Assembly (NCBI GenBank): GCA_041691155.1
Contig: JBEPVD010000006.1
Location: 4,402-68,401 of the forward strand
Direction: 5' to 3'
DNA from: Candidatus Dormiibacterota bacterium
GTDB taxonomy: Bacteria; Chloroflexota; Dormibacteria; Aeolococcales; Aeolococcaceae
Length of the DNA: 64,000 nt
Every line of letters begins with the position of its first letter. Position 1 is the first letter of the stretch. The notes under the pieces were generated by a model that was given only the letters and a program-made list of their open reading frames with translations, was not told the origin of the DNA and did not search any database. Position numbers and translations under genes: made by a program. This document shows, in pieces, positions 9,341 through 18,660 of this stretch.

Positions 9341-9967
9341 TCAGGTCGTGGCGCTGAGCAACTCCCGCTGCGCGACGTCCAGGAGCCACGCCTCGTAGCG
9401 GTCGTGTGACCATCCGCGCTCCCGGACAAGTGCCCGATAGACGTCCGTGCCGGCGAGCGCGTAGGCGATATCCACGGCGTTGTCCAGCATCAGGCCGGTG
9501 CGCAGCGCGCCGGTGTGTTCGAGAGCGGTGATCGCCCGCTGCACAGCGTGCAGGTGACCGAGCTGCCACCGACGCCAGGCATCGGAAAGTTCGTCGTCGA
9601 TGCCGTGCGCGCTGCGAAGAATGCTGACCACCGACCAGGAGCGCTCGTTGAGCATGCGGATAATGTGCGCTGCGGTCCGGAGTTGCTCGACGGGACCCGC
9701 TTCCGCCTCGACGCGCTCGACACTCAGATCCCCGCTCGAGACGACCTCATCGACCAGCCCGGTGACGAGTGCCGGCTTGCCTGGGAAATACAGGTACACG
9801 GTGGCGAGCGAGACGGCGGCATCGCGGGCAATCCCGCGCATGGTCACAGCGGCGAAGCCTCGCTCCGCAAAGAGCTTCGCGGCTGCTTCAAGGATCCTCC
9901 GCCGAGTGGCATTCGCCCGCTCGTCGCGTTCTGGCGAGTTGTAGGCCCGAGGCTTGACTCCCATCAT
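9341..9967 (-). CDS. TetR family transcriptional regulator
   Basis: 208 aa. TetR HTH (RRRILEAAAKLFAERGFAAVTMRGIARDAAVSLATVYLYFPGK). Confidence 0.85.
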   Translation of the reverse strand: MMGVKPRAYNSPERDERANATRRRILEAAAKLFAERGFAAVTMRGIARDAAVSLATVYLYFPGKPALVTGLVDEVVSSGDLSVERVEAEAGPVEQLRTAAHIIRMLNERSWSVVSILRSAHGIDDELSDAWRRWQLGHLHAVQRAITALEHTGALRTGLMLDNAVDIAYALAGTDVYRALVRERGWSHDRYEAWLLDVAQRELLSATT

Positions 9968-9983
9968 TGTTGACTATACGATA

Positions 9984-10011
9984 CGTCTAGCTAATTAGGA
10001 ACAGCGTCTAG
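9984..10011. promoter_or_regulatory. candidate TetR operator
   Basis: AT-rich divergent intergenic region. Direct repeat CGTCTAG (9984-9990 and 10005-10011, 21-nt period) flanks the palindrome CTAATTAG (9991-9998). Confidence 0.3.
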
Positions 10012-10063
10012 TGAATTGATGTGGTCGGCTCGTGTTCCTCCGGCCCTCACGAAGGAGGCGGGC

Positions 10064-10981
10064 ATGGCCCCGACGTACACACCCCACACGGCCGAACGCT
10101 CAGGAGACGCCGCGCCGGCGGTCGATGCGTTCTCGACACACCCCAACGAGATCACGATGGTCCCGACGCGGCTCGGGCTGCTCCAGGTGGAGATGTGCGG
10201 ATCAGGGCCTCCCGCCGTGCTCTGGCACAGTTTGTTCGTCGACTCGACGACGTGGGAGCGCGTGCGCGAACCGCTCTCCGGCGACCGTCGCCTCATCCTC
10301 ATCGACGGCCCGTCGCACGGCGGCAGTCCAGGCCCTGGGCGCATCTTCACGCTCGATGAGTGCGCCGGCGCCGCGGCTGATGTGCTCACACATCTCGGCG
10401 TGGAGGGGCCGGTGGACTGGGTCGGCAACGCGTGGGGAGGCCATGTCGGCCTGCTCTTGGCCGCGGCATCTCCAGACCGCGTCCGCAGCCTCATCACCAT
10501 CGGCACACCAGTCAAGGCCCTCTCATCGGCCGAGCGCCCGAAGCTCACGGCACTGGTCACGCTCTATCGAATGACCGGCCCGATTCGCCCGCTGGTCAAG
10601 ACCGTCACCAACGCGCTCCTCGGTCGATCGAGCGCGTCGAATCCGGAAAACGCTCGGCTCATCGGTGATGCGCTCCGGCGAGCGAAGCGCCGGGGCCTCT
10701 ACCTCGCGATGCGCTCCGTGATGCTCAATCGCGGCGACTCGATCGATGCACTGACCTCACTGACCATGCCGACGATGTTCGTCAAGGGCGCCGACGATCC
10801 GGTGTGGACGGTCGAGCAGATTCAGAGCTCGGCGTCGCTCGTCCCCGGCGTGGTATGTGAGGTGGTGCCGGGCGGCGGTCATGTCGCGCCCTTGCTGGAC
10901 GGCGCGTCCGACGTCGTCGAACTCACGACCGCGTTCTGGGCTGAGGCGATGCGGAAAGCAACGCAGCCCGCGGCCGTCTGA
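10064..10981 (+). CDS. alpha/beta hydrolase
   Basis: ATG at 10064 preceded by GAAGGAGG. Nucleophile-elbow-like GNAWGG and a length typical of the fold. Confidence 0.8.
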   Translation: MAPTYTPHTAERSGDAAPAVDAFSTHPNEITMVPTRLGLLQVEMCGSGPPAVLWHSLFVDSTTWERVREPLSGDRRLILIDGPSHGGSPGPGRIFTLDECAGAAADVLTHLGVEGPVDWVGNAWGGHVGLLLAAASPDRVRSLITIGTPVKALSSAERPKLTALVTLYRMTGPIRPLVKTVTNALLGRSSASNPENARLIGDALRRAKRRGLYLAMRSVMLNRGDSIDALTSLTMPTMFVKGADDPVWTVEQIQSSASLVPGVVCEVVPGGGHVAPLLDGASDVVELTTAFWAEAMRKATQPAAV

Positions 10982-10998
10982 CGCGCGGGGCTCAGCGC

Positions 10999-11526
10999 TT
11001 ACGCAGCCAGCTGAGCGGCGTGAGGTTCCGCCCGCTCTTTCGCGGCAGGGCGTCGTCCGGCCATCGCGACCACGACCCCAGCGACGGCGAGGGCGGCGGC
11101 GACCAGCCCGGTAACGGGCTCGGGCAGGGCGATGTGGGTTGCGGCGTCCACCGAATAGGCGCCCGGACCTGTGATGCCGACCACCGAGGCGGCGACCAGG
11201 TAGAGGAACGGCATCTCGAGTCCGCCCTTCTGGCCGAAAAAGCCCTTGCCCCAGTGAAACGCGACGATCGCCATGAGCATGGCTGCCCCCACGCCGACAG
11301 ATCCGAGTGGATTGAGCAGCCCCAACGCGAGCAGGAGACCGCCGCCGATCTCAGTGGCAATCGCCCCGGCGACCCAGATGGGGACCGGGCGGAACCGCAT
11401 GGAGGCCATATGGGCGCTCAGGCCGCCGACGCCGGGGCCTCCCCACCAACCGAACAACTTCTGCGCGCCGTGGGCGGCGAGCGCGACGCCGACGACCAGG
11501 CGAAGGATGAGCAAACCGACATTCAT
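10999..11526 (-). CDS. DoxX family membrane protein
   Basis: 175 aa, four hydrophobic helices, N-terminal LLILRLVVGVALAAHGAQKLFG is typical of DoxX. Confidence 0.8.
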   Translation of the reverse strand: MNVGLLILRLVVGVALAAHGAQKLFGWWGGPGVGGLSAHMASMRFRPVPIWVAGAIATEIGGGLLLALGLLNPLGSVGVGAAMLMAIVAFHWGKGFFGQKGGLEMPFLYLVAASVVGITGPGAYSVDAATHIALPEPVTGLVAAALAVAGVVVAMAGRRPAAKERAEPHAAQLAA

Positions 11527-11570
11527 GAGAGGAGCCTCCTGGCTACGAATGCTTGATTTCTTCCTGTAGC

Positions 11571-11587
11571 TTACTAATTATAAGTAA
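11571..11587. promoter_or_regulatory. candidate HxlR operator
   Basis: 17-bp imperfect palindrome TTACTAAT-T-ATAAGTAA (one mismatch) in the AT-rich DoxX/HxlR divergent region. Confidence 0.3.
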
Positions 11588-11624
11588 CTATGTCAAGCGT
11601 CAGTAGCGGAGGTATGATTGGTGC

Positions 11625-12041
11625 ATGTCGCAAGGCCCCGCGCCGCCAGCCGCCACTATGTCGCCCGCTGCCGCCCGTGACCCCACCGTGGTCTGCGCGA
11701 CGTTCCGCCGCGCGGTCGAGCTGATCGGTCGGCGCTGGACAGGTGCCATCGTGAACGCGCTCTTCCGTGGTCCCCTCAGATTCAACGCGCTCGTCGATGC
11801 CGTTCCGGGAATGTCGGAGCGCTTGTGTGCCGACCGGCTTCGCGAACTCGAGGCCGAGGGGCTCGTGTCGCGGCGCGTCCTCAACGGACCGCCGCTTGGT
11901 GTGGAGTACGCGTTGACGGAGTCTGGACGCGCGCTGGGTGAGCCACTCGGGGCCTTGGGTCGGTGGGCTCACCGCTGGCTGGATCCCACCGCGGCCGGAA
12001 CCCAGCCTCCCGTCGACGAGCCCGGTTCCTCCACGCCGTAG
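11625..12041 (+). CDS. HxlR family transcriptional regulator
   Basis: 138 aa. HxlR wHTH core (LIGRRWTGAIVNALFRGPLRFNALVDAVPGMSERLCADRLRELEAEGLV). Confidence 0.8.
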   Translation: MSQGPAPPAATMSPAAARDPTVVCATFRRAVELIGRRWTGAIVNALFRGPLRFNALVDAVPGMSERLCADRLRELEAEGLVSRRVLNGPPLGVEYALTESGRALGEPLGALGRWAHRWLDPTAAGTQPPVDEPGSSTP

Positions 12042-12080
12042 CCCAGAGACGGGACGCTCCCGCCCCTGAGCCGGTGTGCA

Positions 12081-13583
12081 TCAGACCTCGACGGCCGAGG
12101 GGGCGTCGATTTCGCGGACCCATTGGGGCAACGCGGTGCCGCGGGCGGTTGCACGCCGCCCGCGAATCGCGACCGCGAGCACCACGACGGTCGCGCTCAC
12201 GAACATCGCGGCCGCGACGAACGCGTGGTCAGCGCCAACGACGAACGCTTGTTGTGCCGCCAGGACGGATTGCCCAGCGACTCCACGTCCGGCGGTGCCG
12301 AACACCGACACCAGCACAGCGAGTCCGAGCGCACCGCCGAGTTGCTGCATCACGTTGACGAGTCCCGACGCCGCGCCCGCCTCCTCCTGACGAACTCCGC
12401 TGAGCGACGCGGAGGTCAGGGGCACGAACGCAAGCCCGTTGCCGGCCCCGAAGAGCAGCAGCGGCGCGAGCAGCGAAACGTAGTCGCTCGATGCCGACAG
12501 CTACGTCATCAGCACCATCCCGCTCGTCGAAATCGTCAGTCCCACCACCATGATGGTCTTGCCGCCAAAGCGCGCCACGAGCCGCCGGGCGCTCAACTGC
12601 GACATCGAGAACAGCGCAACGGTGAACGGAAGGAATCCAAGCCCGGTCTCCAGTGGACCGTAGTGCAGGACCTCCTGGAGGAACTGGGTCAGGAAAAAGA
12701 ACATCCCGAACATCCCCGCGGTGAGGAAGAGGCGCGCCACATACGTGGCGCTACGGCTGCGGTCAGCGAAGAGCCGCAATGGCGTGATCGGCTCGGGCGC
12801 GCGTCGCTCGAGTTCGATGAAGACAGCGAGGAAGACGATGCCTGCCGCGAAGGCCAGCACGGTGATCGCGTCGCCCCATCCCGAGGTGGCGGCACGCACG
12901 AAACCGTACGCAAGCGAAGTGACGCCGATCGTTGACGTGAGGGCTCCGCGCACGTCGAAGTGACCGTTTCGGCTGGGCGTCTCGGTGAGCACCCGACGGG
13001 CCAGCACGATGACGATAACGCCGATCGGGACGTTGACGAAGAGGACCCAGCGCCACGACGCCCATTGGGTCAACAGGCCGCCGACGATAAGGCCGATCGC
13101 ACCGCCGCCGACGGAGACGGCCGTGTACCAGCCGATGGCGCGAACCCGCTCCTCGCCGTCACGGAACATGGTCATGAGGAGCGCCAGCGCGGACGGCGCT
13201 GCGAGTGCTCCGCCGACTCCCTGGAGCGCTCGGGCGACCAGCAGCCACTCGCTCGTGGGCGCGACCCCGCCAAGGAACGAAGCGAAGGTGAAGAGTGCGA
13301 TACCGGCGACGAACACACGGCGCCGGCCGAGCAGGTCGCCTGCCCGCGCGCCGAGGAGGAGAAATCCGCCGAACGCCAGGGTGTAGGCGGTGATCACCCA
13401 CGAGAGGTTCGCGGGCGAGAAGTGGAGCGCCGTCGCGATATGCGGCAGCGCGATATTGACGATGGTGGCATCGAGCACCACCATCAACTGAACGGTGAGG
13501 ATGACCGCGAGTGCCAGGCCCCGCCGGGACTGACGCTCGGTGCCCCGACCGGCCGGTGCGGCGCGTTCTGCAGTTGCTGACAT
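12081..13583 (-). pseudogene. DHA2 (EmrB/QacA-type) MFS transporter interrupted by one in-frame TAG
   Basis: A single 1503-nt frame reads as a 14-TM MFS closely paralogous to 42207..43667. A TAG at 12501-12503 splits it into 360 codons upstream and 139 downstream (25 untracked plus the 114-aa ORF). The downstream part stays in the same frame and keeps conserved TM sequence (LLLFGAGNGLAFVPLTSASLSGV). Confidence 0.7.
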
Positions 13584-13635
13584 GAGACCTCCAGATGGGG
13601 TAGACTTGGGAAACGGAACCTACCTCCGGAAGTAT

Positions 13636-13652
13636 ACGGAGGCTTCCTCCGT
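13636..13652. promoter_or_regulatory. candidate TetR operator (perfect palindrome)
   Basis: ACGGAGG-CTT-CCTCCGT lies between the MFS start (13583) and the TetR start (about 13678). A related palindrome occupies the same position in the paralogous module at 43726-43743, and both have a TATACGGA ... TCCGTTT context. Confidence 0.45.
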
Positions 13653-13677
13653 TTTGCAAGTCGGTACTGAGGACCTA

Positions 13678-14307
13678 GTGGTGCCAGGCGAAGTCGTGGC
13701 GGCGGAGCATCGGGAAACCGACGCTGCTGATCCCGCGTCCTCGGATCGCCGGCCACGGGCCGATGCAGTTCGCAATCGGGATCTGCTGATCGCGGCGGCC
13801 GCGAACGCGTTTGCCGCTCACGGAGCCGATGTCCCGCTTGAAGACATCGCCCGCGACGCCGGTGTTGGTATCGGAACGCTCTACCGCCACTTCCCGACTC
13901 GCGAGCCGCTCGTGGAGGCCGTCTACCGCCACGAGGTCGACGTCCTGTGCGCAAGCGCCGATGAGCTACTCGATACCCTTCCACCTGACGAGGCGCTCGC
14001 CGCGTGGCTGCAGCTGTTCGTCCGCCACGTGGCGACCAAGCGCGGCATGAGCTCGGTGCTCAAACCGATGTTGACCAGCAACGCCACCTTCTTTGACCAG
14101 ACTCGCGGACGCGCACAGGCGGCCGCGTCGAAGCTCCTTGCCGCCGGTGTCGCCGCCGGCACCGTACGAGGTGACATCGACGGCGCAGACCTACTTCGTG
14201 CCGTGGGCGGCATCTGCATGTCGACTGACCAGGAGCGAACCGAAGCCTCGGAGCGCCTCGTCGGTCTCCTCTTCGATGGTCTCCGCCACGGGGCCGCTCG
14301 GGCTTAA
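13678..14307 (+). CDS. TetR family transcriptional regulator
   Basis: TetR HTH (RNRDLLIAAAANAFAAHGADVPLEDIARDAGVGIGTLYRHFPTRE). The listed ORF start at 13540 would overlap the MFS start, so GTG at 13678 or 13681 is more plausible. Confidence 0.8.
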   Translation: MVPGEVVAAEHRETDAADPASSDRRPRADAVRNRDLLIAAAANAFAAHGADVPLEDIARDAGVGIGTLYRHFPTREPLVEAVYRHEVDVLCASADELLDTLPPDEALAAWLQLFVRHVATKRGMSSVLKPMLTSNATFFDQTRGRAQAAASKLLAAGVAAGTVRGDIDGADLLRAVGGICMSTDQERTEASERLVGLLFDGLRHGAARA

Positions 14308-14315
14308 CTCAAGCC

Positions 14316-15290
14316 ATGCGAGCCGTCGTCCACGACGGCTACGGGCCGCCGGAAGTCCTCCGCCTCGAGGACGTTGAGCAGCCATTTCCCAAAGACGACG
14401 AAATTCGGGTGAGGGTTCACGCCGCAACGGTCAGCCGCTCAGATTGCGCGCTCAGAGCCGGCGAGCCATGGATGTCCCGAGCCATCACGGGCTTGCGCCG
14501 GCCGAAGCGAAGGATTCTCGGCAGCGACCTCGCCGGGGAGGTCGAGTCCGTCGGAGCGAAGGTGAGCGAGTTTGCGGTGGGCGACCGGGTCTTCGGCATC
14601 AATCCCTGGAGGTTCGGCACACACGCGGAATTCATGTGCATGCGCGCGAATGCCGCGGTGGCGACCATGCCCGACGATATGAGTTTCGAGAACGCATCGG
14701 CCATCTCTGACGGCGCCATCCTTGCGCTGAACGCGCTCCGTCGAGTGCGGATTCGCAAGGGCCAGCGCGTTCTCGTCTACGGCGCCTCAGGATCCATTGG
14801 AACGGCTGGGGTGCAACTCGCCAGTGCTTTCGGCGGAGACGTCACTGCGGTCTGCGATACGAAACACTTCGACCTGGTGCGATCCCTCGGCGCCGGCGAA
14901 TGCATCGACTACAGGATGGAAGACTTCACGAGCAACGGGCGCCTCTACGATGTGATCCTCGACGCTTACGGCAAACTCTCCTTCAAGCGGTGCCGGGGCT
15001 CATTGACGCACAACGGCGCGTTCGTCGCGACAGATGATCTGACGAACCTCGCTCTGGCGATGTGGACCGCGCGGATCGGCAACAAGAGGGTGCTGTTTCC
15101 CATTCCCCCGAAATTCACCAAGCGCGACGCGCTCTTCATCAAGCGCCTCGTCGAAGCCGGGAAATATCGGGCAGTCATCGATCGGGTGTACCCACTGGAG
15201 CAGGTCATCGATGCAACCCGCTATGTGGAGCAGCATCAGAAGACCGGGAACGTCGTGCTGGCGATCAGCGAGCGACCGTCCAGGGGCTGA
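14316..15290 (+). CDS. MDR-family NAD(P)-dependent dehydrogenase / quinone oxidoreductase
   Basis: 324 aa. GroES-like N-terminal domain plus Rossmann GASGSIGTAGVQLA. Confidence 0.8.
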   Translation: MRAVVHDGYGPPEVLRLEDVEQPFPKDDEIRVRVHAATVSRSDCALRAGEPWMSRAITGLRRPKRRILGSDLAGEVESVGAKVSEFAVGDRVFGINPWRFGTHAEFMCMRANAAVATMPDDMSFENASAISDGAILALNALRRVRIRKGQRVLVYGASGSIGTAGVQLASAFGGDVTAVCDTKHFDLVRSLGAGECIDYRMEDFTSNGRLYDVILDAYGKLSFKRCRGSLTHNGAFVATDDLTNLALAMWTARIGNKRVLFPIPPKFTKRDALFIKRLVEAGKYRAVIDRVYPLEQVIDATRYVEQHQKTGNVVLAISERPSRG

Positions 15291-15312
15291 CTGAAAGAGA
15301 AATAATCCCCGA

Positions 15313-16251
15313 ATGAATGGGAAGCAGCAGGTCGACGAGACCCGTGCGTTCAACGCGCAGCTGCAGCAGGTGCTGAGCACGCAGCCTTCGCTGCACACGC
15401 AGGCGCCTGAGGCGACGCGGGCCGCTCGTCGCGAGGGTCGCAGCGTCTTCCCGGCTCCGGTGTTCTTGCCGAAAGCACGCGACGTCCGGATTCCAACCCG
15501 TCAGGGCACGATTCTCGGTCGGGTCCTCGCACCCGAGGGCGCGCCAACCGGGATCTATCTCCATTACCACGGCGGCGGTTGGGTTCTTGGCGACCACGAT
15601 ATGCAGGACGCGCTGGCGTGGGAATTGGTGCAGGCGACCGGCATGATCGCCGTGAGCGTCGGCTACCGGCTGGCTCCCGAGCATCCGTATCCGGCGGGCC
15701 CGGACGACTGCGAGGACGCCGCGCTCTGGCTGCTCGACCGCGGCGCGCGGGAACTTGACGCACCGGCGCGATACACCATCGGTGGTGAGTCTGCCGGTGG
15801 CCATCTCGCGGTCGTGACGTTGCTGCGCCTGCGCGACCGGCACGGGATTTGCGGCGCGTTTGCGGGCGCCAACCTCATCTATGGCGTCTACGACCTGAGC
15901 AGGACGCCCAGTTCGCGTAACTGGGGTGACCGCAACCTCATTCTTTCGACGCCGATCATGCTCTGGTTCGGCGATCAGTTTCTTGGCGACCTCGGTGCCG
16001 AAGGCCGTCGCGATCCCGACATCTCGCCGCTGTTCGCGGATCTGCACGACATGCCGCCGGCGCTCTTCGAAGTTGGTACCGCCGACCCGCTGCTCGATGA
16101 CACGCTGTTCATGGAGGCACGGTGGCGGAGCGCGGGCGGTGCGACGCAACTGCACGTCTACGAAGAGGCTGCGCACGGGTTCACCGCGTTCCAGATCTCA
16201 GTGAGTGTCGACGCACGCCAGCAGCAGTATCGGTTTCTACGGTCGGTGTGA
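15313..16251 (+). CDS. alpha/beta hydrolase, hormone-sensitive-lipase-type esterase
   Basis: Oxyanion-hole HGGGW motif (YLHYHGGGWVLGD) and nucleophile motif GESAGG. Confidence 0.8.
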   Translation: MNGKQQVDETRAFNAQLQQVLSTQPSLHTQAPEATRAARREGRSVFPAPVFLPKARDVRIPTRQGTILGRVLAPEGAPTGIYLHYHGGGWVLGDHDMQDALAWELVQATGMIAVSVGYRLAPEHPYPAGPDDCEDAALWLLDRGARELDAPARYTIGGESAGGHLAVVTLLRLRDRHGICGAFAGANLIYGVYDLSRTPSSRNWGDRNLILSTPIMLWFGDQFLGDLGAEGRRDPDISPLFADLHDMPPALFEVGTADPLLDDTLFMEARWRSAGGATQLHVYEEAAHGFTAFQISVSVDARQQQYRFLRSV

Positions 16252-16319
16252 CTCTCCGCCGTACTGCGGCGTGAGCTCCGCGCCGCGCGCGAGATGCGCG
16301 TCGGTCGGGGAGTCCACGG

Positions 16320-16778
16320 TCAAGCTCGAGATGAGGGCCGGCTCTCGCGCTCGACGAGCGCGGTGAATGCCGCGAGATCGATACGGAAGCGTCGCTGCAA
16401 GAGCGGGCGTGACAACCAACCGCCAACCCGGCCACCCAGCCACCACGGAAACGACAGCGCTTCATTCCAGTCCAGGCGCGTCCGGCCGTTGACCGCGACG
16501 ATGCGGAACCGTCCGATTCCTCGCACCGCGCCTTCGTGGCTGACCGTGATTGCCTCACCGACAATCCATTCGGTCACGCGCATGCGGTCAGTGATCGACA
16601 GGAATCCAACTGGCACCTTGCAGTCCATCACCGCGCCCACACCCGACGTGGCTTCGGTGACAAAGGTGATGGTGACCGCGTCGGCCATCCACCGTGTGTG
16701 CGATGCGAGGTCACTCAAATGCCGCCAGACATCCGTAACCGATGCGCTGATCGTCGTGCTCAGCGAAAGGCGGGTCAA
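16320..16778 (-). CDS. SRPBCC (polyketide cyclase/START-like) family protein
   Basis: 152 aa. The N-terminal pattern (ISASVTDVWRHLSDLASHTRWM) and size fit the SRPBCC fold. Confidence 0.6.
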   Translation of the reverse strand: MTRLSLSTTISASVTDVWRHLSDLASHTRWMADAVTITFVTEATSGVGAVMDCKVPVGFLSITDRMRVTEWIVGEAITVSHEGAVRGIGRFRIVAVNGRTRLDWNEALSFPWWLGGRVGGWLSRPLLQRRFRIDLAAFTALVERESRPSSRA

Positions 16779-16969
16779 GTTGCGGTGACGAGGTTCTGCC
16801 AGAGGTACGACAACGCGTGCAGAGCCATTGCGTCCGGAACGGCCGGCGCAGCCGACACATCGCGCACGATCAGGCGCTGCGGCACTCCCCGCTCCGCAAG
16901 CCGGCGTGCCACACGACCACCCAGCGCTCCGGTAGCGCCCGTCACAGCGATGTCGTGCATGCTCGCCAT
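16775..16969 (-). pseudogene. 5' remnant of an NmrA/SDR-type NAD(P)-binding protein gene
   Basis: The 64-aa ORF starts with a complete Rossmann motif (IAVTGATGALGGRVARRL). It stops about 200 residues short of a normal family member, overlapping the SRPBCC start by 4 nt. Confidence 0.45.
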
Positions 16970-16999
16970 AGGATCTCCTTGCCTGGGATCAGGAAGTTG

Positions 17000-17671
17000 T
17001 TACTCCACTCGTATGGCAGTGTATGGCGTGAGGTCGATGCGACCTCCGCCGCGATCGCGGAGAGCAACCGACCCGATGCCTTCACCTCGGTCGTCGTCAG
17101 CGGCCTCCACCTCCAGATGCACGAGGTCGACGTCGGTCCCCAGCCATTCGCGAAGGCGCGCACGATCGCCGGTCAGCCTGATCGTGTCGACGCGGGGCGC
17201 CTCGAGATGGTGGGGGGCCGTCACCCGCGACGGGTGCACATCGGGTTGGTCCCATTCGATGAAAAACGGAAGGTAGTGGCTCTCCAGGGACTCCTGGATA
17301 CCCGCAACTCGCCATGAGAGGGTCGTGCCGTCGAGCAACGATCGACCCATTGCCGTCGTGGGGATGCCGAGCCGTGCTGCGACCACGTCGATCTCCGTCG
17401 TTCGTACTGCCCACGCGATCAATGCTTCATCCGGTGCTTCGATGCCCTCCGCAACTCGCCGTCCAAATGGATCGGCGGCCGCCGCACGGGCGTCGATGAC
17501 CTGTATGAGCTCGAGGTACGCACCATCCTCGAGGGGCACGATGCGATTGGCTGTAGCACCGCTTCGGTGTGCACCACCCGCGTACGACGCGAGCCCGAGA
17601 CTATCGCGCAGCGTCGCACCCGCAGCGTCGAGATCGGCGACGGCGAGCGCGATGTGGTCGAGTTTGAGCAT
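17000..17671 (-). CDS. VOC/glyoxalase-like domain protein
   Basis: Internal ATG at 17669-17671 (MLKLDHIALAVADLDAAGATL, a typical VOC N-terminus). The upstream 142 codons of the listed ORF are Arg-rich and not protein-like. Confidence 0.65.
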   Translation of the reverse strand: MLKLDHIALAVADLDAAGATLRDSLGLASYAGGAHRSGATANRIVPLEDGAYLELIQVIDARAAAADPFGRRVAEGIEAPDEALIAWAVRTTEIDVVAARLGIPTTAMGRSLLDGTTLSWRVAGIQESLESHYLPFFIEWDQPDVHPSRVTAPHHLEAPRVDTIRLTGDRARLREWLGTDVDLVHLEVEAADDDRGEGIGSVALRDRGGGRIDLTPYTAIRVE

Positions 17672-17721
17672 TTCCAAACTGTGCGGCAGCGCGCGGCGAT
17701 AGCGCAAGTCGTGAAAGAAAG

Positions 17722-18441
17722 CTAGCTGGGAAAACGTTCGCCGGCCACAAAGGCTCGCCGACCGCGCGCGTTGCGAACGTCGACACCCCCGGAACCAAAG
17801 ACTCGCCAGGCGTCGCCGTCGGAAGCGATTGCGGTGCGCTCGGCAATGCCGACAAACTGCATGTCGCGAGGAACGCGTCGTGGCGCAAGGTCGCGCAGCG
17901 GGCGAATCCACCACGCCGACATCGCGTCCCAATGAACGCCGACCGCGGTGGTCGGCAGCAGGCCGAGTCCGCTCGCGAACGGAAAGCGCAGCGGGCGCGC
18001 GGCGTGCAGAGCTGTCGCGGCCCCGGCAACCATTGCCCCGGCGCTGCACCCCGCGTACACACCGCCCCGCGCGATGAGTCGTTGCACCGCATCCCACACC
18101 GGCGTGCCCCGAACGGTGCGCGCGAGGTACGCAGGACTCCCGCCGCTGAAGAAGACCATGCTCGCTTCATCGATCGGCCTTGCAACGTCTGGGGCGAGTG
18201 CGTCGTCGCGGGTTCGTACCTGCAGCGCAGAGGCCTTGATGTTGAGGGATGCATAGTGATCCAGACCCATCGTGCTCCACCGGTCGTATACCGGTTGCCC
18301 TTCGCGACCGCACGCTGTTCCCAGAACCACGACCGAGCCATTGCCGGAGGCGCCGGCAATTGCGAAGCGCTCGGCTTCGCCCGACCACGGCTCGAATTCA
18401 CCTGAACCGAGAAGGAGAAAGCGTTGCGACTCGTTCATCAT
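17722..18441 (-). CDS. peptidase S51 (dipeptidase E/cyanophycinase-like) family protein
   Basis: FFSGGSPAYL and the nucleophile-type motif GCSAGAMV. Start at the ATGATG at 18436-18441. Confidence 0.65.
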   Translation of the reverse strand: MMNESQRFLLLGSGEFEPWSGEAERFAIAGASGNGSVVVLGTACGREGQPVYDRWSTMGLDHYASLNIKASALQVRTRDDALAPDVARPIDEASMVFFSGGSPAYLARTVRGTPVWDAVQRLIARGGVYAGCSAGAMVAGAATALHAARPLRFPFASGLGLLPTTAVGVHWDAMSAWWIRPLRDLAPRRVPRDMQFVGIAERTAIASDGDAWRVFGSGGVDVRNARGRRAFVAGERFPS

Positions 18442-18660
18442 GCTCGAACTCGTCGCGAGTGACTGGGCGGTCGGCCACGAAGTCGCACCTGCCGGTCGAG
18501 GTTGCGTATCACGACCACCACGTAAGAGTGACGCAACGGCCGCCAGCGCTGGTCTCAGCCGATGCGCTCCGCGTGGGCTGGACGTCGCAGATCGAGCGAA
18601 TCGGCTCGCTGACAGACGTCGACACCGCAGCCGCAGAAGCTCCATCTGTGGCCTGAGCGG

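Noticed and set aside
12501-12503. In-frame TAG as programmed recoding (pyrrolysine or read-through)
   Set aside because: No pyl genes or recoding signals are visible, and the paralogue has an ordinary sense residue in this region. A simple nonsense mutation or a sequencing error is more parsimonious.
15265-16176. 303-aa minus-strand ORF
   Set aside because: It is antisense to the HGGG/GESAGG esterase gene, which has clear catalytic motifs. The shadow frame is Arg-rich.
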